Assembly: GCA_016719135.1 (NCBI GenBank)
Contig: JADKAV010000001.1
Coordinates: forward strand, 181,966-245,965
Length of the DNA stretch: 64,000 nt
Direction: 5' to 3'
Origin: Micrococcales bacterium
GTDB lineage: Bacteria; Actinomycetota; Actinomycetes; S36-B12; UBA10799
The notes under the pieces are model-generated. The model saw only the letters and a list, made by a program, of their open reading frames with translations, made no database searches and was not told the origin of the DNA. Positions 34,204 to 45,720 of this stretch are shown here, piece after piece (position 1 is the stretch's first letter; every line of letters begins with the position of its first letter). Position numbers and translations under genes: made by a program.

Positions 34204-34485
34204 GGGGCGACTTTGCACGCACGATGTCACTCAGTGACCAGATACGCGCAAAGTCCCCCCGAATCGCTGCTGGCCGGGCAGATTCGTGAAGGTCGAGCCT
34301 CCCCGGGGCGACTTTGGACGCCCGAGGTCACTCAGTGACCAGATACGGGCAAAGTCCCGCACGAATCGCCGGAACGCCCAGGCAAACTTGTGAAAGGTCG
34401 AGCCTCCCCGGGGCGACTTTGGACGCACGAGGTCACTCAGTGACCAGATACGCGCAAAGTCCCGCACGAATCGCGGGAGCGCCCC
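34204..34485. repeat. Three tandem ~101-105-bp units, each with a bipartite hairpin
   Basis: Units start at 34204, 34305 and 34410. The core is GGGGCGACTTTGGACGCACGA-GGTCACT-C-AGTGACC-AGATACGCGCAAAGTCCCGC. The inner stem GGTCACT/AGTGACC is perfect and the outer stem is GACTTTG/CAAAGTC. Confidence 0.75.
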
Positions 34486-34486
34486 C

Positions 34487-35470
34487 TCACCCGGTCCGGT
34501 TCACCACGTAGTCGCAGACCGCTTCAAGCGCATCCCGCGGCCCACCGGCGGGCAGGGTGTGCAGGCATCGGCGAGCATCGTCAGCCCACTCATGAGCGGC
34601 GGCCCGGGCTTCTGCCACGGCGTCGTGGGCACGCAGCAGGTCCATCGCCTCGGCGACCTCATCATCGGACAACGGGCGGCCCAGCAGATCCAGCAGGCGT
34701 GCGTCCTGGTCGCGTTGTTCGCGCTGCACCATGAGCGCGGCCAACGTCGGTACGCCCTCCTTCAGGTCTGTGCCCGGGGTCTTGCCCGAATCCCTGGTCT
34801 CGCTGGTCAGGTCGACCAGGTCGTCCGCGAGTTGAAACGCGACCCCGATGCGCTCGCCGTAACGGGTGAGGGTGTCGATCGTGGGCTCGTCGCATCCGGA
34901 GAACATCGCTCCGAACTGCGCTGAAGTGGCGATCAGCGAACCGGTCTTGTCCGCCAGAACCATCAGGTGATGGGCCACGGCGTCCTCGCCATCGGTCGCG
35001 CCCACAGTCTCCCGGATCTGCCCGGTCACCAACCGCTCGAACGTGCGCGCCTGGATCCGGACCGCCTCGGGGCCGAGGTCGGCGAGGATGTCCGATGCGC
35101 GGGAGAACAGAAAATCGCCGGTCAGGATCGCAACCGAGTTGTCCCACCGCTGATTGGCCGACACCCGTCCGCGACGGATGGGCGCCTCGTCCATGACGTC
35201 GTCGTGGTACAGCGTGGCCAGGTGGGTCAATTCCACGACGGTCGCGGCGTCGTACACCGCGTCCCGGTCGGGATCGCCGAATGCCGCGCACAGCAATGTC
35301 ATCAAGGGCCGGAAGCGTTTGCCGCCGGCCTCGACGAGGTGCGCCGAGGTCTGCGTGACGAACGGATAGTCACTCTTGACCGCCTCAGTGAGCCGGGCTT
35401 CCACACGCTGCAGCCTGCCCCGCAGACCATCGCGCAGGCTGGGATCGGCCAGGAACGCCAGGTATGGCAC
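34487..35470 (-). CDS. Polyprenyl diphosphate synthase (long-chain, menaquinone side-chain type; 327 aa)
   Basis: ORF 34487..35470. Both Asp-rich motifs are present: LYHDDVMDE and FQLADDLVD. Confidence 0.85.
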   Translation of the reverse strand: MPYLAFLADPSLRDGLRGRLQRVEARLTEAVKSDYPFVTQTSAHLVEAGGKRFRPLMTLLCAAFGDPDRDAVYDAATVVELTHLATLYHDDVMDEAPIRRGRVSANQRWDNSVAILTGDFLFSRASDILADLGPEAVRIQARTFERLVTGQIRETVGATDGEDAVAHHLMVLADKTGSLIATSAQFGAMFSGCDEPTIDTLTRYGERIGVAFQLADDLVDLTSETRDSGKTPGTDLKEGVPTLAALMVQREQRDQDARLLDLLGRPLSDDEVAEAMDLLRAHDAVAEARAAAHEWADDARRCLHTLPAGGPRDALEAVCDYVVNRTG

Positions 35471-35481
35471 CGATCACACCC

Positions 35482-37029
35482 CTATCTGATGAACGTGGAG
35501 GCCTTGTCTGCCAAGTCCAACACGGATTGCGGAAGCACGCCCAGGATCACGGTAACTGCCACCGTCACCCCGATCGCCACCGCGGTCAGACTGCTGGGCA
35601 CCACCACCGCCGGAGCGTCCTCGGCACGTTCGGTGAAGAACATCAGCACGATCACCCGCACGTAGAAGAAAGCGGCGATGGCCGAGGCGAAGACCCCGAC
35701 GATGACCACGGGTGTGGCACCGCCCTCGATACCAGCGGAGAACACCGCGAACTTGCTGGTGAACCCGGAGGTCAGCGGGATCCCCGCGAACGCCAGCAAC
35801 AGGATGGTGAAGGCTCCGGCTATCAAGGGCGACGTCTTGCCCAGGCCGGCCCACTGCGACAGCTTCGTGGCCTCTCCGGTCGGGTCACGCACCAGACTGA
35901 CGATGGCGAACGCACCGATCGTGGTGAAGCCGTAGACCAGCAGGTAGAACATCGTGCTGGAAAGCCCCGAGGGGTTCGTCGACAACACACCGATCAGCAT
36001 GAAACCGGTGTTGGCGATGGCCGAGTAGGCCAGCATCCGCTTGATGTCGTTCTGCGTCAGGGCGACGATCGCCCCGGTCAGCATGGTCGCGATCGCCACG
36101 CCCCACATCAGCGGCCGCCAGTCCCAGCGCAGCCCGCCGAGAGCCACATACGTCAGGCGCAGCAGTCCTCCGAAGGCCGCGATCTTGACACCTGCGGCCA
36201 TGAATGCCGTGGCCGGCGTGGGTGCGCCCTGGTACACGTCCGGGGTCCACTGGTGGAAGGGCACTGCACCGATCTTGAAAAGCAGCCCGACGAACAGCAG
36301 ACCAATGGCCGCGATGAGCAGGCCGTTGTTGCCCGGATCAGCAGCCATGGCCTCGACGATCCCCGGGAAGGAGATGGTGCCCGAGAAGCCGTAGAGCATC
36401 GCAGCTCCGAAGACGAAGAAGCCCGACGAGTAGGCCCCGAGCAGGAAGTACTTCATCGCTGCTTCCTGGCTGAGCAGTCTGCGGCGGCGCGCCATCCCCG
36501 ACATCAGATACAGCGGCAGTGACATGACTTCCAGAGCCACGAACATCGTCAGCAGATCGTTGGCCGTGGTGAACAGCATCATGCCGCCGACACAGAACAG
36601 GAACAGCGGCCAGACCTCGGTCTGCAACCAGCCCTGCTGGGTGAACGCCTTCTCGTCGACGCTTCCCGGCAGCGCCGAGGCCTGCGAGGCGAACGCGTCA
36701 CCGGCCGGGTCCACGTGCCGCTCGGCGATCAGCAATGCCGAGACCATGGCGACCAGCAGAATCGAACCCTGCATGAACAGACCCGGGCCGTCGATCGCAA
36801 TGGTGCCCTCAGCGGCCAGTTCGTTGGTTCCCGCCAACCGGACCACCCAGATGAACGAGGCCAGCAGCACCGCCGTGACCAGGAACAACTGGACCGTCCG
36901 CCGGGATTCCCGCGGCACGAAGGCTTCGACCAGCACACTCAACACACCGCCGCCGAGCACGATGAGCAACGGTGCGACCAGCGCATACCTGATCTCGGGG
37001 GAGGCGAAAGACTCCAGCACGCCGTTCAC
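35482..37029 (-). CDS. nuoN: NADH-quinone oxidoreductase subunit N
   Basis: Lies in ORF 35482..37053. I place the start at GTG 37029, overlapping the nuoM stop (GTGA). It is a polytopic antiporter-like protein. Confidence 0.9.
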   Translation of the reverse strand: MNGVLESFASPEIRYALVAPLLIVLGGGVLSVLVEAFVPRESRRTVQLFLVTAVLLASFIWVVRLAGTNELAAEGTIAIDGPGLFMQGSILLVAMVSALLIAERHVDPAGDAFASQASALPGSVDEKAFTQQGWLQTEVWPLFLFCVGGMMLFTTANDLLTMFVALEVMSLPLYLMSGMARRRRLLSQEAAMKYFLLGAYSSGFFVFGAAMLYGFSGTISFPGIVEAMAADPGNNGLLIAAIGLLFVGLLFKIGAVPFHQWTPDVYQGAPTPATAFMAAGVKIAAFGGLLRLTYVALGGLRWDWRPLMWGVAIATMLTGAIVALTQNDIKRMLAYSAIANTGFMLIGVLSTNPSGLSSTMFYLLVYGFTTIGAFAIVSLVRDPTGEATKLSQWAGLGKTSPLIAGAFTILLLAFAGIPLTSGFTSKFAVFSAGIEGGATPVVIVGVFASAIAAFFYVRVIVLMFFTERAEDAPAVVVPSSLTAVAIGVTVAVTVILGVLPQSVLDLADKASTFIR

Positions 37030-38582
37030 TGACCCTCCCCTTCCTCGCGACATCCGTCCGCGAAGTCACAATCCGCGGTGACCCCCACCGGCGGGTCCCC
37101 CACGCCGACCACAGCCAGCGTCTGGTCGACCGCCGGATTGATGACGTCCAGCGCGGGCGCCGGGAACACCCCGAGCCCGATGATCAGTGCCACCAACGGC
37201 GCCACCGCCACGACCTCGCGGCCGGTGAGGTCCTTGATGTCCTCGCAGCCGGGTTTCAACGGACCGGTCATGGTGCGCTGGTACAGCCACAGGATGTACA
37301 GCGAAGCCAAGATGATGCCGGTCGTGGCGATCACCGCCACCAGCGGGTAGCGGACGTACGTGCCGACCAGGACCAGGAACTCCGAGACGAAGCTGCTCAT
37401 GCCTGGTAGCGCCAGTGAGGACAGCCCCGCGATCAGGAAGAACCCTGCCAGCAGCGGCGCCACCTTGTGCACCCCTCCGTAGTCATCCACCAGCTTGGAT
37501 CCGCGCCTGCTCATCAGGAATCCGGCCACCAGGAACAGTGCGGCGGTCGAGAAGCCGTGGTTGACCATGTACAGGGTCGAACCGCTCTGACCCTGGCTGG
37601 TGAGCACGAAGATGCCCAGCGTGATGAATCCGAAGTGGCTGATCGAGGTGTATGCGATCAGTCGCTTGATGTCGGTCTGCCCGATGGCCAGCAGCGCACC
37701 GTAGATGATGCCGATCAGGCTCATCACGATGATCAGCGGGGTGTAGAACTGCGAGGCCTCCGGGAAGATCTGCAGGCAGTACCGCAGCATGCCGAATGTT
37801 CCCACCTTGTCGAGCACGCCCACGAGCAGCACGGCACTGCCGGGCTGGGCCTCGGTGGCGGCATCGGGCAGCCAGGTGTGCACCGGCCACAGCGGGGCCT
37901 TGACCGCGAAGGCGAAGAAGAACCCGAGGAACAACATCCGCTGCGTGGTCGAATCCATTCCCAGCTGGGTCAGCGCCCCGAAGTCGAACGTGCCGGCTCC
38001 GAATTCGCGCTGGCTGACCACGTACAGCCCGATCAGACTGGCCAGCATGAACAGTCCACCGAACAGGCTCACGATCAGGAACTTCACCGCGGCGTAAGAT
38101 CGGCGGGCCCCTCCGTAGCGGCCGATCAGGAAGTACACCGGGATCAGCATTGCCTCGAAGAAGACGTAGAACAGGAACACGTCGATGGCCGAGAAGACCC
38201 CGATCATGCAGACTTCCAGCGCCAGCATGAGCGCGAAGTAGCCCTTGGTCGGGGCATCGCTGTGATCGGCCTCGTTCCATCCGGCCAGGATCACCACCGG
38301 CACCAGAATGGCTGCCATCGCGACGAGGACAAGCGCGATGCCATCCACGCCGAGCGCGAACGAGATCCCGAACGACTCGATCCACGGGGTCGAGGTCACG
38401 AACTGGAATGGTTCGGTGCTCTGCGCGTCGAACTGCAGCGCCATCGCGATGACGAGTACGAGCGTGGCGATGCTGAAGCCCAGAGCGACCTGTTTGGCCA
38501 GTTCCGGGGAGTTCTTCGGCAACAGCGCTACCACCACGGCACCGATCGCCGGGACCAGCAGCAGGATGAGCAACCAGTTCAT
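37026..38582 (-). CDS. nuoM: NADH-quinone oxidoreductase subunit M
   Basis: Lies in ORF 37026..38672. ATG 38582 ([22 protein letters not shown]...) overlaps the nuoL stop by 1 nt. Confidence 0.9.
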   Translation of the reverse strand: MNWLLILLLVPAIGAVVVALLPKNSPELAKQVALGFSIATLVLVIAMALQFDAQSTEPFQFVTSTPWIESFGISFALGVDGIALVLVAMAAILVPVVILAGWNEADHSDAPTKGYFALMLALEVCMIGVFSAIDVFLFYVFFEAMLIPVYFLIGRYGGARRSYAAVKFLIVSLFGGLFMLASLIGLYVVSQREFGAGTFDFGALTQLGMDSTTQRMLFLGFFFAFAVKAPLWPVHTWLPDAATEAQPGSAVLLVGVLDKVGTFGMLRYCLQIFPEASQFYTPLIIVMSLIGIIYGALLAIGQTDIKRLIAYTSISHFGFITLGIFVLTSQGQSGSTLYMVNHGFSTAALFLVAGFLMSRRGSKLVDDYGGVHKVAPLLAGFFLIAGLSSLALPGMSSFVSEFLVLVGTYVRYPLVAVIATTGIILASLYILWLYQRTMTGPLKPGCEDIKDLTGREVVAVAPLVALIIGLGVFPAPALDVINPAVDQTLAVVGVGDPPVGVTADCDFADGCREEGEGQ

Positions 38583-40507
38583 CAGAGCCTCACCACCAGA
38601 AGCGCCACGAACAGCAGGAAGGCGCCGGCCAGCATCGACAGCGCGTACGACCTCGAGTAGCCGGTCTGCCACTTGCGCAGTCGGTTGGACAGGCCCGCGG
38701 TGGCCGACCCCATGGCCACGACCGCCCCGTCGATACTGCGGTTGTCGAACCAGACCAGGGCCCGGGTCAGGTACTGACCAGGACGCATGAACACCGCCTC
38801 ATTGAATGCATCCCCGTACAAGTCCTTGCGTGCGGCAACCGTCAGCGGCGACACCGACGTCGGCGCGGTCAGCGGAACTTCGCGGCGATACTGCTGGTAG
38901 GCCAGCACGGCTCCCAGGATGACCAGTGCCAGTGTCGCCCCGCTGATCACCGGGATCGGGATCGGTGGTTCGGGATGTTGGAAGCCCACGACCGGTTCCA
39001 GCCATTTCTCGATCGCGCCGTTCCAGGCCAGCAGGAAACCGCTGGCCAGCGACGCGATACCCAGCAGGATCAACGGGATGGTCATCACCGGCGGGGACTC
39101 GTGCGGATGCACATCGTCGGTCCAGCGCTTCTTACCCAGGAACGTCATGGTGAACAACCGCGTCATGTAGAACGCGGTGATCCCCGCGCCGATCATGGCG
39201 GCCAGACCCGCGGCCCAACTGTGGTCGAACGCGGCTTCGATGATCTTGTCCTTCGAGTAGAAGCCGGAGAACGGCGGTACCCCCATGATCGCCAGCCAGC
39301 CGGCCGCGAACGTGATGTACGTGACCACCATGACGGTGCGGATGCCCCCGAACCGGCGCATGTTCTCCTGATTGTTGAACGAGTGCATGACCGAACCGGC
39401 ACCGAGGAACATATTGGCCTTGAAGAAGCCGTGGTTGACCAGGTGGAAGATGGCGAACACGTAGCCGATCGGCCCGAGGCCGGCGGCCAGCACCATGTAC
39501 CCGATCTGGGACATGGTGGAGCCCGCGAGCACCTTCTTGATCTCGTCCTTGGCCAAACCGATGATCGCACCGAAGATCAGCGTGATCGCACCGATGGCGA
39601 TCACCACGGTCTGCGCGGTGGGTGCGCCGTCGAAGATGGGGTTGGACCGGGCGATGAGGTACACACCGGCGGTCACCATCGTGGCCGCGTGGATCAGCGC
39701 GGAAACCGGGGTCGGACCCTCCATGGCGTCCAGCAACCACGACTGCAGCGGGAACTGCGCGGACTTTCCACACGCGGCGAGCAGCAACAACAACCCGATC
39801 CAGGTCAGCGTCCCCTCGCTGGACTCCCCGGCCTGCGCGAAGACCTCCGGGAAGGTGACCGTCCCGAAGGACACGAAGATCGCCATGATCGCCACGGACA
39901 GCCCGAAGTCACCCACCCGGTTGACCACGAAGGCCTTCTTCGCCGCCACGGCCGCACTCGGCTTGTACTGCCAGAAGCCGATCAGCAGGTACGAGGCCAG
40001 GCCCACACCCTCCCAGCCGACGTAGAGCAGCAGGTAGTTGTCGGCGAGCACCAGCAGCAGCATCGCGGCCACGAACAGGTTCAGATACGCGAAGAACAGC
40101 CGCCGCTTCGGGTCATCTTTCATGTACCCGATGGAGTAGATGTGGATCAGCGATCCGACACCGGTGATCAACAGCACGAACGTCAACGACAGTTGGTCGA
40201 TCTGCAGCCCCACGTTGGCGGTGAAGTTGCCGACGAAGACCCAGTCCCACAGGTGCTGGATAATCCCGCGGTCCTCCGAGGGCCGGGCCAGCAGGCCCAG
40301 CCACATCATGATGGCCAGGATGAACGAGCCGATCGGAAGTGCGGTGGCCAGGTAGTGGCCCCAGGAGTCAGTGCGCCGGCCGAAGCTGAGCAGCACCGCG
40401 GCGCCGATCAAGGGCAGGGCGATGAGCACCCAGATGTAGGTGAAGACGCCCTCCGGCGGGGCATACGTGATGGTCGGCGTCGCGGACGCCAGCAGGTCGG
40501 TGGTCAT
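38582..40507 (-). CDS. nuoL: NADH-quinone oxidoreductase subunit L (641 aa)
   Basis: ORF 38582..40507, containing ...[16 protein letters not shown]... Confidence 0.9.
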   Translation of the reverse strand: MTTDLLASATPTITYAPPEGVFTYIWVLIALPLIGAAVLLSFGRRTDSWGHYLATALPIGSFILAIMMWLGLLARPSEDRGIIQHLWDWVFVGNFTANVGLQIDQLSLTFVLLITGVGSLIHIYSIGYMKDDPKRRLFFAYLNLFVAAMLLLVLADNYLLLYVGWEGVGLASYLLIGFWQYKPSAAVAAKKAFVVNRVGDFGLSVAIMAIFVSFGTVTFPEVFAQAGESSEGTLTWIGLLLLLAACGKSAQFPLQSWLLDAMEGPTPVSALIHAATMVTAGVYLIARSNPIFDGAPTAQTVVIAIGAITLIFGAIIGLAKDEIKKVLAGSTMSQIGYMVLAAGLGPIGYVFAIFHLVNHGFFKANMFLGAGSVMHSFNNQENMRRFGGIRTVMVVTYITFAAGWLAIMGVPPFSGFYSKDKIIEAAFDHSWAAGLAAMIGAGITAFYMTRLFTMTFLGKKRWTDDVHPHESPPVMTIPLILLGIASLASGFLLAWNGAIEKWLEPVVGFQHPEPPIPIPVISGATLALVILGAVLAYQQYRREVPLTAPTSVSPLTVAARKDLYGDAFNEAVFMRPGQYLTRALVWFDNRSIDGAVVAMGSATAGLSNRLRKWQTGYSRSYALSMLAGAFLLFVALLVVRL

Positions 40508-40806
40508 CAGAACCTCAGCAGACTGGGCTCGTCCACCGAGGCGCTGCGGCGGGTCCGGAAGATGACCACGATGATCGCCAGGCCGACGACCACTTCAGCG
40601 GCGGCCACCACCATGGTGAAGAACGCGAAGACCTGCCCTTCGAGGTTGCCGTGCATCCTGGCGAAGGCCACGAACGCCAGGTTGGAGGCGTTGAGCATGA
40701 GCTCCACGCACATGAACACCACGATGGCGTTGCGTCGGAAGAGCATCCCGAACGCCCCGAGGCTGAACAAGATCGCCGACAGGGCGATGTAGTGGTCGGT
40801 CGTCAC
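40507..40806 (-). CDS. nuoK: NADH-quinone oxidoreductase subunit K (99 aa)
   Basis: 3' part of ORF 40507..41529. GTG 40806 is preceded by GGGGAGGAAAG. Translation: [53 protein letters not shown]... Confidence 0.9.
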   Translation of the reverse strand: MTTDHYIALSAILFSLGAFGMLFRRNAIVVFMCVELMLNASNLAFVAFARMHGNLEGQVFAFFTMVVAAAEVVVGLAIIVVIFRTRRSASVDEPSLLRF

Positions 40807-41529
40807 CTTTCCTCCCCGGAGGTGTCGTCGGTGGCCGCACCGAGTCGTCGACGACGATGTCCCGTCGGGCAGCAGCGCCGGGGTGTCGACGGCGTTGTGG
40901 CGGGCGAAAGTACCTGGCGGCGGCAGCGCGCTGGGATGCGGCCCCTTGAACCGGGCCTGCGACAGCTCACGCTGGGTGGCCTTGGGCTCGTAGTGCTGCT
41001 GATGAGTCAGGATCATCGCGCCGAGCGCGGCGGTGATCAGAAGTGTCGAGGTCACCTCGAATGCGAACACGTACTGCGTGAAGATCAGTTCCGCCAGCCC
41101 CTGCAGGTTCCCGCCGGTGACGGAGTTGGCTTCCTCCAGCGAGCCGACCGGCAGATCCCGGGTGCCCTGACCCAGAATGCCGACCAGCAGCACCCCGAAG
41201 CCGAGGCCGAAGAGGATCGCTGGTGCGCGCTGGTTCTTGACCGTCTCGATCAACGAGTCCGAAGAGTCGACGCCGACCACCATCAGCACGAACAGGAACA
41301 GCATCATGATCGCGCCGGTGTAGACGATCACCTGCACCATGCCCAGGAACGGTGCCGACAGGCTCACGTAGAGGATCGCCAAGTTGATCATGGTCATGGC
41401 CAGGAACAACGCGCTGTGCACGGCCTTGCGCGAGAACAGCATGCCCATGGCCCCCAGCACGGCCAGTGCCCCACAGATCCAGAAGACCGCGGCCTCCCCG
41501 GCGTTCTGCGCGGCCAGCGTCACGGTCAC
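40803..41529 (-). CDS. nuoJ: NADH-quinone oxidoreductase subunit J; frameshift near the 3' end as sequenced
   Basis: As sequenced it runs in frame into nuoK. The +1 frame instead ends ...[16 protein letters not shown], with the stop overlapping the nuoK GTG (GTGA), the normal arrangement. One extra base lies somewhere in about 40815-40860. The span is 727 nt, which is 3n+1. Confidence 0.85.
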
Positions 41530-42080
41530 GTGGCACTCCCTTCGACCGCGTCTTTGAGGGGTTCCCCGGCTCCGGTGACCCGCCCCTGGTAGTAATCCTT
41601 CTCCGTGGCCCCGTCGACCATGTCATGGGGTGGGTTCACCATGCCGGGCAGCAGCGGCCCCAGCAGGTCCTGCTTCTCGTAGATGAGTTTCTGACGGCTG
41701 TCGTCGGCCAGTTCGAACTCGTGAATCATGGTTAGCGCGCGGGTGGGGCAGGCCTCGATGCACAGTCCGCATCCGATGCAGCGCAGGTAGTTGATCTGGT
41801 ACACCCGCCCGTAGCGCTCGCCCGGGGAGAACCGGCCGCCGCTTTCGTTGTCGGCGCCCTGCACGAAGATCGCATCGGCCGGACAGGCCCAGGCACACAA
41901 CTCGCAGCCGATGCACTTCTCAAGGCCGTCCGGGTGCCGGTTGAGCTGGTGACGGCCGTGATAGCGCGGCTTCGGGGGGAACTTGTCCTTCTCCTCCGGG
42001 TACTGCTCGGTGACGACCTTGCGGAACATGGTCGCGAAGGTCGTCGAGAATCCTTTGACCACAGGGGGGACATCAGGCAT
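41526..42080 (-). CDS. nuoI: NADH-quinone oxidoreductase subunit I (184 aa)
   Basis: Lies in ORF 41526..42161, starting at ATG 42080 ([22 protein letters not shown]...). Cluster motifs: [12 protein letters not shown] and [12 protein letters not shown]. Confidence 0.9.
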   Translation of the reverse strand: MPDVPPVVKGFSTTFATMFRKVVTEQYPEEKDKFPPKPRYHGRHQLNRHPDGLEKCIGCELCAWACPADAIFVQGADNESGGRFSPGERYGRVYQINYLRCIGCGLCIEACPTRALTMIHEFELADDSRQKLIYEKQDLLGPLLPGMVNPPHDMVDGATEKDYYQGRVTGAGEPLKDAVEGSAT

Positions 42081-43353
42081 TGTGCGGCTCCTGTTCGACA
42101 GCCGGGACATTGCTCGGTTCCAGCAGCTCCTGGCCGGGCATCGGCGGGACCGGGTGACCACCGGCGAACGGGTCCACCGGCTCGGCGGACGCGGCCTCGG
42201 CTGCCTCGTGCGCCTCGGCCCGGCGATCGCGGTGCACCTGCGCGAAGTACGAGGAAATGATCAGCAGCACCAGCGAGAAACCGAAGGCCACCATCACCTG
42301 CAGGTACGCCGACCCGTCGGGTCCGATGGCGTAACGGGCGACCGACGCCACGACGATCCAGGCCAGAGCAGTGGGGATGAGGACCTTCCAGCCGAACCGC
42401 ATGAACTGGTCGTAGCGCAACCGGGGCAGGGTGCCGCGCAGCCAGATGAACACGAAGATGAACGAAACCACCTTCATGAGGAACCAGAGCATGGGCCACC
42501 AGCCCTCGTTGGCCCCCGACCAGATCGAGATCGGCCAGGGTGCCCGCCAGCCACCGAGGAACAGGGTGGTGGCAAGCGCCGAGACGGTGACCATGTTGAT
42601 GTATTCGGCCAGGAAGAACATCGCGAACTTCAAAGACGAGTACTCGGTGTGGAAACCGCCCACCAGTTCACCCTCGGCTTCGGGCAGGTCGAAGGGCGCC
42701 CGGTTGGTCTCTCCGACCATCGACGTGGTGTAGATGACGAACGAGGGCAGCAGGAGCAGCACGTACCAGAGTTTCGTCTGCGCATTGACGATCTCGGAGG
42801 TCGAGGCGCTGCCGGCGAAGAGGAACACGGCCACGAAGGACAGACCCATCGCAATCTCGTAGGAGATCATCTGTGCGGTGCTGCGCAGACCGCCGAGCAG
42901 CGGATAGGTCGAACCGGACGACCAGCCGGCCAGGACGATGCCGTAGATGCCGATCGACGCGATCGCCAGCACGTACAGGACGCTGACCGGGAAGTCCGTC
43001 AGTTGCAGCATCGTGGTCTGCCCGAAGATGGAGACCTCCGGGCCGAAAGGGATGACCGCGAAGGCCATGAACGCGGGCACGGCTGACAGGATCGGCGCCA
43101 GGACGTACACACCGAGTTCCACCTTGCGCGGGATGATCTCTTCCTTGAGGGCGAGTTTGAACCCGTCCATCAACGACTGCAGCAGCCCGAACGGGCCCAC
43201 CCGGTTGGGACCGACCCGGCTCTGCATCCGGGCGACCACCCGGCGCTCGCCCCAGATCGTGAGCAGCACGATGACCACGAGCAGCGCGAACAGGGCAACG
43301 ACCTTGAGCAGGATCAGCCAGAACGGGTCACTGCCGAACCCGGCCACGTTCAT
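42073..43353 (-). CDS. nuoH: NADH-quinone oxidoreductase subunit H (426 aa)
   Basis: ORF 42073..43353, intact. Contains ...[25 protein letters not shown]...[17 protein letters not shown]... Confidence 0.9.
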   Translation of the reverse strand: MNVAGFGSDPFWLILLKVVALFALLVVIVLLTIWGERRVVARMQSRVGPNRVGPFGLLQSLMDGFKLALKEEIIPRKVELGVYVLAPILSAVPAFMAFAVIPFGPEVSIFGQTTMLQLTDFPVSVLYVLAIASIGIYGIVLAGWSSGSTYPLLGGLRSTAQMISYEIAMGLSFVAVFLFAGSASTSEIVNAQTKLWYVLLLLPSFVIYTTSMVGETNRAPFDLPEAEGELVGGFHTEYSSLKFAMFFLAEYINMVTVSALATTLFLGGWRAPWPISIWSGANEGWWPMLWFLMKVVSFIFVFIWLRGTLPRLRYDQFMRFGWKVLIPTALAWIVVASVARYAIGPDGSAYLQVMVAFGFSLVLLIISSYFAQVHRDRRAEAHEAAEAASAEPVDPFAGGHPVPPMPGQELLEPSNVPAVEQEPHNA

Positions 43354-45715
43354 GAAACCCTCCCGACGCTCACACGCACCGTATCGCCGCTTGCCACGCC
43401 GAGTGCGGACACCACGTTGGTTCCCGAATTCATGGGGACCCAGACGATCCCCGACGGCATGTCGGTGACCAGTGCCGGCAGCGTCAGGGAGCCGATATCG
43501 CCGGTGACAGTGACCGGGTCCCCGTCGGAGATCCCGAGGTCGCTGGCGTTGGCCGGGCTCACCCGCACAACCGGGGGTCGGGCGGTGGCGGCCATGTACG
43601 GCTCACCGGCCTGCATGGATCCATCGTCGAGCAATTGGTGCCAGGTGACCAGGACCGCCTCCCCCGGCGCGAGCCGCGCCGGCTCGGCCGCTGGGCGCCT
43701 CAGGCCGCGGGCCGGCTTGCGCCATCGACCCAACGCGATCGGCTCGTCCTGCGGCCGGGTCAACATTTCGTCGCCGATCGCGGCCAGCACGGCGCGTCGG
43801 TCAGGGATCAGCGACTCCCGGAACACCTGCGGGAATGGTCGGCGGCGGCCCTCCCAGTCGACGAAGGAGCCGGCCTTCTCGGTGACCACGGCCACCGGGA
43901 ACACGACGTCGGCGGCGCGGGTGGCGTCGTTGTGCGCGGGCTCGAGCGCCACCACAAGGGACCGGCTCGAGCCGGCAACCAGTGCGGCACCGTCGGGCAT
44001 GTCATCGGGGTCGACCCCGCCCACCAGCAGCGCGCGGTAGGGCGTCCGGTTCCTCGCCACGTCCGCGGTTTCCTGGGCCGTCGGCGAGGCGGCCGTGGCG
44101 ACCGGACCAGGCCTCGCGGCTGGGCCGCGGCGACCAGCGCCCGAGACCCCGGCGAACCCGCGCCTGCACCGGCCCACGCGGGGCGGCGCCGGGCAGCAGC
44201 CCTGCGTCCAGGCGCCGCGCTCACCGGCGCGCCGCGGCACCCACGCCAGGTGGGCACCGGTCGGCGCGGCGGTTGCGGCCAGCCAGCTGAGCAGGCCCTG
44301 CGACGGCGGCGCGCTCGCCCACCATGAGCACCGCGCCGGGCTGGGACAACGCCTGCATCAGCTCTTCTGACCCCGACATGGCGGCGATCTCCTGACCGGG
44401 ACCGGCAGCCAGGACGGTGGCGTCGAGTTTGGACAATCCCGGGCTCGCCCACGGCGCGACCGCGAAGACCTTCGTCGATCCCTTGGTCACCGCCTTGCGC
44501 AGGCGCAAGAAGACGATCGGCGACTCCTCCTCCGGCTCGAAAGCCACCAGCACGACGGCCGGCGCCGCCTCGAGCTCGGCGTAGGTGGGCCCGCCGCGGC
44601 CGGCCATCGTGGCGGCCAGGAACGCGGCCTCCTCGGCGCTGCTGGGCGGGCCCGGAAGTCGACGTCGTCGGTCCCGAGCACCACGCGGGCGAACTTGGAG
44701 TAGGCCTAGGCGTCCTCGGCGGTCAGGCGGCCGCCCACCAGCACGGCGGCACGCCCGCGCCGCGCGGCCAGCGCGTCGGCAGCGACCCCCAGCGCCTCGG
44801 GCCAGGAGGCGGCGCAGCCCGCCCTCGTCCCGCACCAGCGGGTGGGTGATCCGGTCCTCGGTCAGGGTAGGGGAAGCCGAAGCGGCCCTTGTCGCAGTTC
44901 CACTCCTCGTTGACCGCCGGGTCGTCGGCGGCCTGGCGACGCATCACCGTGGAGCGCCGCACGTCGGTGCGCATCGCGCAGCCGCTGGCGCAGTGCTCGC
45001 AGATCGTGGGCACCGATACCAGGTCGAACGGCCGCGCCCGGAACCGGTAGCGAGCGTTGGTCAGGGCTCCGACCGGGCAGATCTGCACGGTGTTGCCGGC
45101 GAAGTAGGAGTCGAACGGGGTGTCCTGACTGATGCCGACCTGCTGCTGGGCGCCGCGCTCCAGCAGGTCGATGAACGGGTCGCCGGCGATCTCGTCGGCG
45201 AACCGGGTGCAGCGCGCACACGACGCAGCGCTCGCGGTCGAGCAGGATCTGCGCGCTGATGTTGATCGGCTTGGGGAAGGTGCGCTTTGGTGCCGTCGAA
45301 CCGGGTCTCGCCGCGGCCGGCGCTCATCGCCTGGTTCTGCAGCGGGCACTCGCCGCCCTTGTCGCAGACCGGGCAGTCGAGCGGGTGGTTGATGAGCAGG
45401 AACTCCATCACCCCGCTGCGCCTCGTCGGCGACCTTCGAGGTGCGCTGGGTCCGCACGACCATGCCGTCGGTGACGGGGATCGCGCAGGAGGGCTGCGGC
45501 TTGGGCTGCCCCTCGATCTCGACCAGGCACATGCGGCAGGCAGCCACCGGATCCAGCAGTGGGTGGTCGCAGAAGCGCGGGATCTCGATCCCCAGTTGCT
45601 CGGCCGCGCGGATGATCAGCGTGCCCTTCTCAGCGGTCATCGAGACCCCGTCGATGGAAGGCGACGTGCCCCTCCGGCACCGGCACTCCCTGCGCCGGGG
45701 TCTGGTGACGGTCAT
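43350..45715 (-). pseudogene. nuoG: NADH-quinone oxidoreductase subunit G; many frameshifts as sequenced (artefact versus decay unresolved)
   Basis: NuoG peptides are scattered over at least 5 ORF fragments in different frames. These include [49 protein letters not shown] (ORF 44723..46819) and [26 protein letters not shown] (ORF 45061..45411). Others are [23 protein letters not shown]..., VLGTDDVDFRARP (ORF 44487..44684) and SSAEEAAFLAATMAGRGG... (ORF 44221..44835). The clean C-terminal part lies in ORF 43350..44240. Confidence 0.85.
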
Positions 45716-45720
45716 CGCCC

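Noticed and set aside
40507-41529. A 340-aa ORF suggesting a natural NuoJ-NuoK fusion protein.
   Set aside because: The adjacent frame ends nuoJ with a TGA overlapping the nuoK GTG, behind a strong RBS, as at the other nuo junctions. A single extra base explains the read-through.
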